Origin: an uncultured virus (IMG/VR IMGVR_UViG_3300042516_001356)
Lineage: Duplodnaviria; Heunggongvirae; Uroviricota; Caudoviricetes
Reading direction: 5' to 3' (one strand)
Length of the DNA stretch: 64,000 bases
Virus record (IMG/VR): IMGVR_UViG_3300042516_001356
In this document: positions 55,713 through 64,000 of the stretch, piece by piece
How positions within the stretch are numbered: the first letter of the stretch is position 1
Layout: each line of letters starts with the position of its first letter
Made by a program: the position numbers and the translations under genes
Notes under the pieces: generated by a model
What the model saw: only the letters and a program-made list of their open reading frames with translations
Told to the model about the DNA's origin: nothing
The model's database searches: none

Positions 55713-57309
55713 AGAACAGTATATCCGTGCAAGTCTTAATACAGAAGAAAAACAAGACAACATTTTTAAATCACATGACCCATTTAACAAAACTTGGGAT
55801 GTTTTAAAAGATTATGTTGGGCTTGACCAAAACTTTCGTCGTAGAACAACTCGCAATTTAACAAAATATGCTGCACCAGAATTTAATGAAGCATACTTAG
55901 ACGCAGCAAATGCAACCCCATCTGGAGTAAATGCGGGATCTAAGCAAATCAATCCAGGCACGGTATATAGAAATGGTTACGGACTATTTGACGTAATCAC
56001 TCCTCCATATAACATGTATGAGTTAGCCAACTTCTATGACACATCATTTGCTAACCATGCTGCTATTGACGCTAAAGTAGAAAACATTGTTGGTCTTGGA
56101 TATCGCTTTGATATTTCAGATAGAACTTTATTAAGGTTTGAAATGAATGACGATGCAGGTGCGGTAAGCCGTGCTCGTAGTCGTATTGAAAGAGCCAAGA
56201 TTCAAGTACGTGACTGGCTAGAAAATTTAAATGATGATGACAGTTTTACAAAAACAATGGAGAAGGTTTACACAGACCTTCAGGCAACAGGTAATGGTTT
56301 TATTGAAGTAGGTAGAACAACTGCTGGAGAAATTGGCTATGTTGGACATATTCCAGCAACAACTGTCCGCATACGACGCTTGCGTGATGGGTTTGTACAG
56401 ATTATTGGTCAAAAAGTAGTTTACTTTAGAAATTTTGGAGCAAAAAATGCAAACCCTTTGGGTACTGATCCACGCCCAAATGAGATTATCCATTTAAAAC
56501 AATACTCACCTTTAAATACATTTTATGGTGTTCCAGATATTATTGCAGCAATGCCATCTCTTATCGGAGATCAACTTGCCTCTCAATACAATATTGACTA
56601 CTTTGAAAACAAGGCTGTTCCGAGATATGTTGTAACCCTAAAGGGTGCAAAACTTTCAGGTGATGCTGAAGATAAAATGTTTAGATTTTTACAAACTGGG
56701 CTTAAGGCTCAGTCACATAGAACACTTTATATCCCGCTTCCTGGAGACACAGAGGGGAATAAAGTTGAATTTAAGATGGAACCAATTGAAAACGGTATTC
56801 AAGATGGCTCATTTAAAGAGTATCGCAAGCAAAACCGTGATGATATTTTAATTGCACATCAAGTTCCTATTTCAAAACTAGGTGGTGCAGACTCTGCAAG
56901 CATCGCAGCAGCACTTTCTCAAGATCGTACATTTAAAGAACAGGTTTCTCGTCCAGCACAAAGACATTTGGAAAAAGTTGTAAACAAGATTATACGAGAA
57001 AAAACCGACATCCTTGAACTTAAATTTAACGAACTAACCCTAACTGACGAAATTGCACAATCTCAAATTATTGAAAGATACGTAAAAACTCAAGTTATGA
57101 CTCCAAACGAGGCTCGTGAAAAATTAGACTTGCCATTGAGAGTAGACGGAGATGAACCATTTGTGATGTCACCAAGACAGGCAACTGATGCTAGAGCAAA
57201 TTTGGCAGGAAACCGTGAAAGAGATTCAGAAAGAACAAATAATAATTCTGACTCACCAACTACAATATCTGGACGAAATGCACAAGGTGAAGGTAGATCG
57301 TCTCAATAA
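55705..57309 (+). CDS. Portal protein
   Basis: TGNGFIE, NEIIHL...YGVP, YFENKAVP, ILIAHQVP, MTPNEARE. Confidence 0.92.
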   Translation: MSEEQYIRASLNTEEKQDNIFKSHDPFNKTWDVLKDYVGLDQNFRRRTTRNLTKYAAPEFNEAYLDAANATPSGVNAGSKQINPGTVYRNGYGLFDVITPPYNMYELANFYDTSFANHAAIDAKVENIVGLGYRFDISDRTLLRFEMNDDAGAVSRARSRIERAKIQVRDWLENLNDDDSFTKTMEKVYTDLQATGNGFIEVGRTTAGEIGYVGHIPATTVRIRRLRDGFVQIIGQKVVYFRNFGAKNANPLGTDPRPNEIIHLKQYSPLNTFYGVPDIIAAMPSLIGDQLASQYNIDYFENKAVPRYVVTLKGAKLSGDAEDKMFRFLQTGLKAQSHRTLYIPLPGDTEGNKVEFKMEPIENGIQDGSFKEYRKQNRDDILIAHQVPISKLGGADSASIAAALSQDRTFKEQVSRPAQRHLEKVVNKIIREKTDILELKFNELTLTDEIAQSQIIERYVKTQVMTPNEAREKLDLPLRVDGDEPFVMSPRQATDARANLAGNRERDSERTNNNSDSPTTISGRNAQGEGRSSQ

Positions 57310-57349
57310 TTGAGAAAAGTATATAAACCAGTGCTATAATTATAACGTT

Positions 57350-58684
57350 ATGTTAATAAATAAGGCTCATTGGGAAACTAAAGGTGACAATGTTCGCCTT
57401 TCAATGCCCATTGGAAAAATAGACGTTGAACGCCGTATGGTGTCTGGTTTTGCTACGCTTGACAATGTTGACCGTCAAGGTGACATCGTTACAACAGAAT
57501 CTAGTATAGAGGCTTTTAAGAATTTCCGTGGCAATCTTCGTGAAATGCATCAGCCAAGTGCTGTAGGAAAAATTGTTTCTTTTAAAGAAGATAAGTATTT
57601 TGATCCTAGTGACAAAAAATTTTACAGCGGAGTTTACGTATCTGCTTATGTTTCTAAGGGTGCACAAGATGCATGGGAAAAAGTTTTAGACGGAACATAT
57701 ACTGGTTTTTCAATTGGCGGAAACATTAAAACTTGGGACGATGCTTATGATGAAAAAATTGACAAAACAGTTCGTGTAATTAAAACTTATGAATTGCATG
57801 AACTTTCTCTTGTAGACAATCCAGCAAATCAGTTTGCAAACATTGTGTCTATTGAAAAAGTAAATGGACAAAACGTTGTTGAAGGTTATTTGTCAAAAAC
57901 AGAAATTGAAAACGTATTCTGGGATTCAGAAAACGGCATTGTTATGGTCTCAGACTCTGATTCAGTAACAAGTCCAGTAACTGGAAACAAAATGCAAAAT
58001 ATTGGCTTTATAGAAAAAAACGATAAAGATAACGTAGAAATGATAAAATTCTTAGTTGATAGTGCTAAAGGCATTAATACAATTAAGATTACTAAGGAGG
58101 TAAATCCAATGACAGAATCAACAGAAGCAGTTATAGAAACTGCAGTTGAAAATGCAGAGGTTGCTCCAGAGGCACAGCCAGCAGAGGTAACCTTAGAAGC
58201 AGCAACAGAAGTTGTTGCAGAAGCAAAAGAAACCCCTGCAATCGCTGAAGAAGCACCAGCAGTTGAAGAACTTGCAGTTGCTAAGTCAGATGATGCTAGT
58301 GCAGATTCTTCTGTTGCAAAAGCAGCAGTTGAAGTAGAGAATGCAGTGGAAAAATCTGTTGCAGATGTTAAAGAAGAAGTTGCTAAAGCAGTTTCAGAAA
58401 TTAATAGTTCTCTTACTAATGCCTTTGGCGATCTTGCTGAAACTATTAAATCTCTTAATGAGAAAGTAACAGCAGTAACAAAATCTCTTGAATCGGTAAC
58501 ATCTGATGTTAATGGAATCAAGAACAACTTTAACGAGTTTGGCAAGCGAGTAGATCTTGTAGAACAAGATACCGCTTTCCGCAAGTCTGGCGATCTAGGC
58601 GAGATCGTACAGGAATCACCACAAGTGATTCATAAAACCCTATGGGGCGGTCGTTTCCTCACAAATGCCGACCTATTTAACTAA
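57350..58684 (+). CDS. Prohead protease fused to scaffold
   Basis: DRQGDI, REMHQ, TGFSIGG, ELSLVDNPAN; Ala/Glu coiled-coil C-terminus. Confidence 0.9.
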   Translation: MLINKAHWETKGDNVRLSMPIGKIDVERRMVSGFATLDNVDRQGDIVTTESSIEAFKNFRGNLREMHQPSAVGKIVSFKEDKYFDPSDKKFYSGVYVSAYVSKGAQDAWEKVLDGTYTGFSIGGNIKTWDDAYDEKIDKTVRVIKTYELHELSLVDNPANQFANIVSIEKVNGQNVVEGYLSKTEIENVFWDSENGIVMVSDSDSVTSPVTGNKMQNIGFIEKNDKDNVEMIKFLVDSAKGINTIKITKEVNPMTESTEAVIETAVENAEVAPEAQPAEVTLEAATEVVAEAKETPAIAEEAPAVEELAVAKSDDASADSSVAKAAVEVENAVEKSVADVKEEVAKAVSEINSSLTNAFGDLAETIKSLNEKVTAVTKSLESVTSDVNGIKNNFNEFGKRVDLVEQDTAFRKSGDLGEIVQESPQVIHKTLWGGRFLTNADLFN

Positions 58685-58713
58685 GGTAAAAAATCACTAG
58701 GAGGTGAAAAATA

Positions 58714-59859
58714 ATGTCGGAACAAAACACAAAGATAGAAAAAAACTATCCAGGTTCAGGAGATGGCGCAGAGATTAACTCAGCGGGATCTTTAGTATCT
58801 GGTGGTGTTGGTAGTGCTACTGGTCTGGATGCTGCAGGATCATCTGTAGGTTCACAACTTGGTCACACTGCTACTGCAGGCTTCGGTTCAACAACTGGAG
58901 ATAACGCAGTAAACCCAACTGGTAACGCAGGAGGTATCCTACGTCCTGAACAAGCACAACGCTTTATTGATTATGTATGGGATGCAACTGTCCTTGCTAA
59001 AGATGGCCGTCGTGTCACCATGAGAGCAAACACCATGGAAATTGAAAAAGTCAACGTCGGAGAGCGTGTAATTCGTGCAGCATCACAAGGCTCACCAAAC
59101 TACACAAACACTGGCGCTAGATTTACAAAAGTTGAACTAACAACAAAAAAGATTCGTCTTGATTGGGAAGTAGCAACTGAAGCACTTGAAGACAATATTG
59201 AAGGCGGAGCATTGGAAGATCGTCTAGTACGATTAATGACCAACGCATTCGGTAACGATATTGAAGATCTTGCTATCAACGGTGATGGAGCAACAGGAGA
59301 TTTCTTGTCCATCATGCCTGGTTTCGTAAAGCAAACTCGTGGAACAGTAGGAAATGCTGCTCACGAATATGCTGCAACAGTATCAGACAACAACTTTACT
59401 ACATCAGTAATGCAAGGCTTGCTATTGGCAATGCCTCGTAAGTACCGTGCACTTAAGAGCAATCTTAAGTTCTACGCAGGTACTGATGCTTTTGCTGGTA
59501 TTGTTCGTAACAACGGTACATTAGCAGATGCTATCTCAGCAGCGTTCTCTGATCGCACTGGTAGCACACAGCAAAACCGTCAAGATTACATGGATGGTGC
59601 TGCACAGACATTTGGTAATGCACGTACAACTCGTGTACTAGGTGTAGATGTACTAGAAGTTCCTTACTACCCAGCAGGTTATGTTGATTTAACATTCCCT
59701 TCTAACCGTGTATGGGGCTTCCAGAGAGACATCACTGTAAACCGTGAATACAAACCAAAGAAAGACACAATTGAATACACAGTATTCGTACGATTTGGTC
59801 TTGCTTGGGAAGAACTAGATGCAGTCGCTTATGTTGACTCAGATAGTGCTGATTCCTAA
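58714..59859 (+). CDS. Major capsid protein (HK97 fold)
   Basis: GGILRPEQA, EALEDNIEG, DIEDLAINGD; position after the protease. Confidence 0.92.
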   Translation: MSEQNTKIEKNYPGSGDGAEINSAGSLVSGGVGSATGLDAAGSSVGSQLGHTATAGFGSTTGDNAVNPTGNAGGILRPEQAQRFIDYVWDATVLAKDGRRVTMRANTMEIEKVNVGERVIRAASQGSPNYTNTGARFTKVELTTKKIRLDWEVATEALEDNIEGGALEDRLVRLMTNAFGNDIEDLAINGDGATGDFLSIMPGFVKQTRGTVGNAAHEYAATVSDNNFTTSVMQGLLLAMPRKYRALKSNLKFYAGTDAFAGIVRNNGTLADAISAAFSDRTGSTQQNRQDYMDGAAQTFGNARTTRVLGVDVLEVPYYPAGYVDLTFPSNRVWGFQRDITVNREYKPKKDTIEYTVFVRFGLAWEELDAVAYVDSDSADS

Positions 59860-59878
59860 AATATAATCATCACGTACT

Positions 59879-59912
59879 AGGGAGGACGGCATAATAACCG
59901 TCCTCCTTATTG
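59879..59912 (+). terminator. Terminator after capsid gene
   Basis: AGGGAGGACGG/CCGTCCTCCTT stem. Confidence 0.7.
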
Positions 59913-59953
59913 TCATTATAATGGTATAATTACAAATGGACAATGGAGAAAAT

Positions 59954-60310
59954 ATGAATTTAACAATGGATCAACTAAAAGATAAAACAGTAATGGCATT
60001 AAAGGCATATGCAAAGAAAAACAACATAGAATTATTTGAATCAAACACAAAACTTGAAATTTTAGAAATTTTGGCTAGTTGGATTCCGCCAGAAAAAACA
60101 GAAGAAACTGCAGAAAAAGCAGGTAAAGATAAAAACTTAACAAACAAAGTAGCACTATATTCAGGTAGAAATATTCACATGGATAGCCTGGGCGCATTAA
60201 GCGTGGGGTATAACATAGTCTCAAAGGAGGCATCGGAAAAGTGGCTTACTCACAGGTTAGTACGTATAGCACAACCTGAAGAAGTAGCATCTTATTACGC
60301 TAAAGCATAA
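59954..60310 (+). CDS. Rho-N/HeH-like small protein
   Basis: KTVMALKAYAKKNNI...KLEIL. Confidence 0.6.
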   Translation: MNLTMDQLKDKTVMALKAYAKKNNIELFESNTKLEILEILASWIPPEKTEETAEKAGKDKNLTNKVALYSGRNIHMDSLGALSVGYNIVSKEASEKWLTHRLVRIAQPEEVASYYAKA

Positions 60311-61311
60311 TGTCAACAATTCTTCGTCTACCACCATATCCTTTAACTGTTAAGTATACAGTTCCAGACGCTAACGCTAAGTATGTTATAGTCATTGAAG
60401 ATGTCGCAGAGCAATCAGAAATTGCCTCTTACAGAACATCCGACGCCAGCAAACAGGTTAGTTATGTATTAGATGATGATTTTATTAAATATGATAAATC
60501 ATATGCTTTGACAATTTATGAAGATTTAGAAGAAAGTGGCATGGTTGTAGCAGATCGTGGAGATATAGTTGTTGAAGATAACCTAGAGGTAAAGCGTCCA
60601 TATGTAGACCCTACACTTTTAGCAGCAGCAAACAATCAAACATCTGCAACAGAAATTGCCAAATATGTAGAGTATGAAAATTTAGCAAGAACAATTATTG
60701 ATTCAATAACTGGTGGCTTTTATTATGAACGTGAATTTTTAGAGATTGTTGGACAAGAAGTAGACTATATTCCACTTTGGAAAAAAGTACACAAAATATT
60801 AAGAGTATACGAAAATACAGAACTAGTTTATGACATATACAACCCTGATGGCCCAACTGTAGGAGACTACACATACGTAATTACTAAAGATAAGACTGCA
60901 CTTACAAAAGATCCAACTGCGTCAGAGGGTGCAATAAATAGAGCAGAGCGCCGACCATCAAGAATTCCAATTGGTACGTCAGATTCTTTTTCACTTTTTG
61001 ATACAGAGGACAGCGGAAACACTATGACCGTAACCCCTGGAGTAGCATTTCCAACAGGAATAGATCTTATATTATTGTTAGAAACTGGATACAAGGTAGT
61101 TCCTATTGATATTCAAGATGCTACAAAGTTATTGGTTGAAGATATTAGGTGTGGAAAATTAGATTATTACAAGAGATATATCAAGAACTACAGCACTGAT
61201 CAATTTAAAATTGAATATGACAAAAGAATGATTGAGGGTACTGGAAATATTATTGTAGACAAGATTTTGTCTAAATATGTTAATAATATTGTTCGTCCTG
61301 GAGTGTTGTAA
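60310..61311 (+). CDS. Head-tail adaptor
   Basis: ARTIIDSITG..F, GY..VP.DIQDA; synteny. Confidence 0.7.
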   Translation: MSTILRLPPYPLTVKYTVPDANAKYVIVIEDVAEQSEIASYRTSDASKQVSYVLDDDFIKYDKSYALTIYEDLEESGMVVADRGDIVVEDNLEVKRPYVDPTLLAAANNQTSATEIAKYVEYENLARTIIDSITGGFYYEREFLEIVGQEVDYIPLWKKVHKILRVYENTELVYDIYNPDGPTVGDYTYVITKDKTALTKDPTASEGAINRAERRPSRIPIGTSDSFSLFDTEDSGNTMTVTPGVAFPTGIDLILLLETGYKVVPIDIQDATKLLVEDIRCGKLDYYKRYIKNYSTDQFKIEYDKRMIEGTGNIIVDKILSKYVNNIVRPGVL

Positions 61312-61760
61312 TGGATGCATGCGAAGTCACAGACTTTATGTTTCCAATGAAGGCTGATATTTACTTCCCTATTCTTGCACAAGGTGGTTATGGACAACCT
61401 ACAAAAAACTGGGTATACGATAGAACAATTACTTGTAATGCTACATCTGTAGGTGGGCTAGGATCAGAAGACGTTAAACCAGATAATTTTTTAAAGTATG
61501 AAAATAAACTTATTGCAAGAACAAAAGAAGACCCAAGACTTTCTTCAAACAACGCAAACAATGCAACAACAAATATACTTATAACAAATATTAGAGATGC
61601 ATCTGACAACATTATTTATAAAGAAACAGCAGGAGCAAGATCAGGCAGAGGAACAATATACGAAGTGGCAACAGTTGAGCCATTTACTGGGCCATTTGGA
61701 CATACAGAATATTATAAAATGTTGTGGCGCAGGGCTGAAAATCAAACTGTAGGTGATTAA
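61311..61760 (+). CDS. Head-tail stopper
   Basis: Synteny; GGYGQ...W motif. Confidence 0.6.
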   Translation: MDACEVTDFMFPMKADIYFPILAQGGYGQPTKNWVYDRTITCNATSVGGLGSEDVKPDNFLKYENKLIARTKEDPRLSSNNANNATTNILITNIRDASDNIIYKETAGARSGRGTIYEVATVEPFTGPFGHTEYYKMLWRRAENQTVGD

Positions 61761-62437
61761 TGATAATTTCAATGAATACAAAATTGTTTGATAAGCAAAT
61801 GAAAAACATTGTTGATTATTCTGTTGGATTTTTAGATGGTATACATAAAGGTAAAAAAATATTTTTAGATAAGTTAGGACTTGGAGTAATCAGTGCTCTT
61901 GCACAATATGTTGATATTGAAGCAAGATCAAACCCAAAAGCATTACATCATATTTACGAATGGAATCAAACTGGCAGTCCAAATGCAAGACTATTTGATT
62001 TAAGATATACTGTTAGCAACCTGGGACTATCTATTAACTCTTCATTTAGACAATCAAGGACAGTATCAGAAAATATGACAATTCCATTTTACAATAAAGC
62101 AAAAATTATGGAAGATGGTGTTCCAGTTACAATTGCACCAACTAAGGCCAAAGTCTTAAAGTTTAATGGACCAAGTGGTGAAGTATTTACAAGTAAGACA
62201 ATTACTGTGGATAACCCTGGTGGAGATATGGTTTATGGCAGTTTTGAAAAAACGGTAGACGAGTTTGTATTAAAATATTTTAAACAATCATTTCTAAAGG
62301 CTTCTGGTATTTATGACTATATCAAAAAGCCACAACTATATAAAAAAAATATAAAGACTGGATCAAGAATGGGCAAAATTAAGGGTATTGATACAGGATT
62401 TAAATGGATTGCTAATGCAACAATTGGGGTAGAATAA
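61760..62437 (+). CDS. Neck/tail completion protein
   Basis: Synteny; I.P.KAKVLKF. Confidence 0.55.
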   Translation: MIISMNTKLFDKQMKNIVDYSVGFLDGIHKGKKIFLDKLGLGVISALAQYVDIEARSNPKALHHIYEWNQTGSPNARLFDLRYTVSNLGLSINSSFRQSRTVSENMTIPFYNKAKIMEDGVPVTIAPTKAKVLKFNGPSGEVFTSKTITVDNPGGDMVYGSFEKTVDEFVLKYFKQSFLKASGIYDYIKKPQLYKKNIKTGSRMGKIKGIDTGFKWIANATIGVE

Positions 62438-62441
62438 GACC

Positions 62442-63014
62442 ATGACTATATTAACTGACACTGGATTTCCACCAACCTTTTTAAATAGATATGTTTTGTC
62501 TGAGTTGGCTCATTATGAACTTGTAGCAGACTCAGATTTAGTAACGCCAAGCCCAATGATTCCAGCACAGTTTCCAACCAATATTGAAGATTTATATAAT
62601 GACAGTATTCAAATTAGACAGACAGAAAGCCCTATCTTAATTGTTTATGATAGATTAATGAGATTTAGGCCTACCCCGTTTTATCTACATAAAAGAGAGC
62701 AGTTAATATATTTTATTTATTCTACAGACGTTGGTAAGTTAATAGACTCCGTTCGTGTTATATCTAACGCTCTTGATCGTGAAGACTCATCCGCAGAAGA
62801 CGTAAACAGATATAATATTAATAACCCTATACTGGATGCTAATGCAGATATTTCTACTCCGTTTAATCTTATGTTCCACAGTACAAGGGTATACCAGGCA
62901 GACGAAAGCAGAGACATAGCAGAACTAGCCTCAGCAAGGACCCTGTTTGTAAACAAGTTAATTGTTGAATATGACTATCATGTTGCAGTTGACTCAGACT
63001 CTAGATATACATAA
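62442..63014 (+). CDS. Tail terminator-like protein
   Basis: Synteny, directly upstream of the major tail gene. Confidence 0.55.
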   Translation: MTILTDTGFPPTFLNRYVLSELAHYELVADSDLVTPSPMIPAQFPTNIEDLYNDSIQIRQTESPILIVYDRLMRFRPTPFYLHKREQLIYFIYSTDVGKLIDSVRVISNALDREDSSAEDVNRYNINNPILDANADISTPFNLMFHSTRVYQADESRDIAELASARTLFVNKLIVEYDYHVAVDSDSRYT

Positions 63015-63088
63015 AAAGCGGTATAATTGGTTTTAGAGGAAACACGCCAAACAACTTAATAAATACTTTATGAAAGAGGTGAAATAAT

Positions 63089-63730
63089 ATGCCATATAGC
63101 CGTGGTACGTCAAATAACATTATCGTGGGTGCAGCAGCATTCTTCATTAATGATACAACTTTGACTCCAGCAACTTTAGCGTCATCAGCAGTGATTGATT
63201 CAAGTGAGTCTTACAAGGAAACACTTACATCAGCCGCTACTTATACCAACGTGGGTTACACCATGAATGGTTTAGAATTACAATTCCAACCAGACTTCGG
63301 TGAAGTTCAGGTAGATCAAATTCTTGACGTTGCAAGACTATACAAGCAAGGTATGCAAGTAAATCTTGCTACCGCTTTTGCTGAAGCAACCCTAGAAAAC
63401 TTGCTTGTAGCACTAGCATACTCTGATGATAAAATAACAGGAAATAAAAACGCATCAACAGGTCAAACACTTAACTTAAGTGCAGGAGATATCGGAGATG
63501 TTCCAGTAGAACGAGGAATCGTTGCTGTTGGTCCAGGATCTGGTGACCCAGCCACTTTTGCGGACAAAGAACGCATCTATGCAGCATATCGTGCTCTATC
63601 AATTGAGAACGTAACTGTGTCAGCAAAGCGTGATGAGCCGTCAATGTTTGAAGTTTCATTCCGTCTTCTTCCTGAAGATACATCAGGTTCTTACGGTAAG
63701 ATCATTGATCGTACCTATGGACAATCATAA
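63089..63730 (+). CDS. Major tail (tube) protein
   Basis: NIIVGAA, VGYTMNG, VDQ, EATLENL; strong RBS and terminator. Confidence 0.85.
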   Translation: MPYSRGTSNNIIVGAAAFFINDTTLTPATLASSAVIDSSESYKETLTSAATYTNVGYTMNGLELQFQPDFGEVQVDQILDVARLYKQGMQVNLATAFAEATLENLLVALAYSDDKITGNKNASTGQTLNLSAGDIGDVPVERGIVAVGPGSGDPATFADKERIYAAYRALSIENVTVSAKRDEPSMFEVSFRLLPEDTSGSYGKIIDRTYGQS

Positions 63731-63750
63731 TCTAAACTTAGATTAAACAA

Positions 63751-63785
63751 AAGCCCACCTTTAATTAGGTGGGTTTTTTGTTTTG
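63751..63785 (+). terminator. Intrinsic terminator
   Basis: AAGCCCACCT/AGGTGGGTTT plus T tract. Confidence 0.8.
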
Positions 63786-63805
63786 CCTATGATAGAATAG
63801 AAATT

Positions 63806-64000
63806 ATGGCAACAACCGTTTATCAAAATAAAGTAATAAAACTTATTGATGGCACAGAGTTAGAAATAAATCCATTAAAAATAAAACATTTACGTGAGTT
63901 TATGGAAGCATTTGAGTATGTCAAAAAAGCCAAAAATGATGACGAAGCCATAGAATGTATAACAGAGTGCATTAGAATTTGTATGAAACAATATTATCCA
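63806..64000 (+). CDS. Tail assembly chaperone (3' truncated)
   Basis: MATTVYQ...LIDG...PLKIKHLREFM; follows the major tail gene. Confidence 0.65.
   Translation, partial: MATTVYQNKVIKLIDGTELEINPLKIKHLREFMEAFEYVKKAKNDDEAIECITECIRICMKQYYP

Noticed and set aside
1..64000. Stop-codon reassignment
   Set aside because: Core genes are intact in the standard code, all three stops are used, and no suppressor tRNA was seen.
1..64000. Bacterial chromosome or integrated prophage (because of DnaA boxes and tRNAs)
   Set aside because: No dnaA/dnaN/rpmH or other housekeeping synteny and no integrase; gene content is phage-like throughout.

Overview
This window is part of a large, low-GC tailed actinobacteriophage genome, probably a siphovirus-type phage of a low-GC freshwater actinobacterium (inference from WhiB, an MSMEG_6728-like protein and actinobacterial promoter signals). 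No integrase, terminase or CRISPR array was seen. Layout: (1) 1-12.9 kb (+): lysis and accessory genes (PA14 coiled-coil protein, CHAP endolysin, HslV/proteasome-like peptidase, 3 tRNAs, Hsp20, nuclease, thioredoxin, WhiB). (2) 12.9-18 kb (-): six-gene glycosylation/methylation operon. (3) 18-23.2 kb: inserted genes, a candidate ncRNA and a repeat-rich non-coding tract. (4) 23.2-35.3 kb: small early/host-takeover genes diverging from about 34.2-34.4 kb, plus tRNA-Asp. (5) 36.6-64 kb (+): tail/fibre genes, class II ribonucleotide reductase, portal, protease-scaffold, capsid, neck and major tail genes. The most striking signals are non-coding. Seven early promoters carry the actinobacterial PafBC (RecA-NDp) DNA-damage signature TGTCAG-N10-TAnnnT. 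The same intergenic blocks are tiled with DnaA boxes, CRP boxes, LexA boxes, GACAC (WhiA-type) motifs and other operator-like palindromes. There are also several covarying structured-RNA candidates: a five-copy 3' pseudoknot, a UGAGC/CAAAUAA internal-loop leader and a three-copy rod element. All calls were made by eye; no database searches were run.
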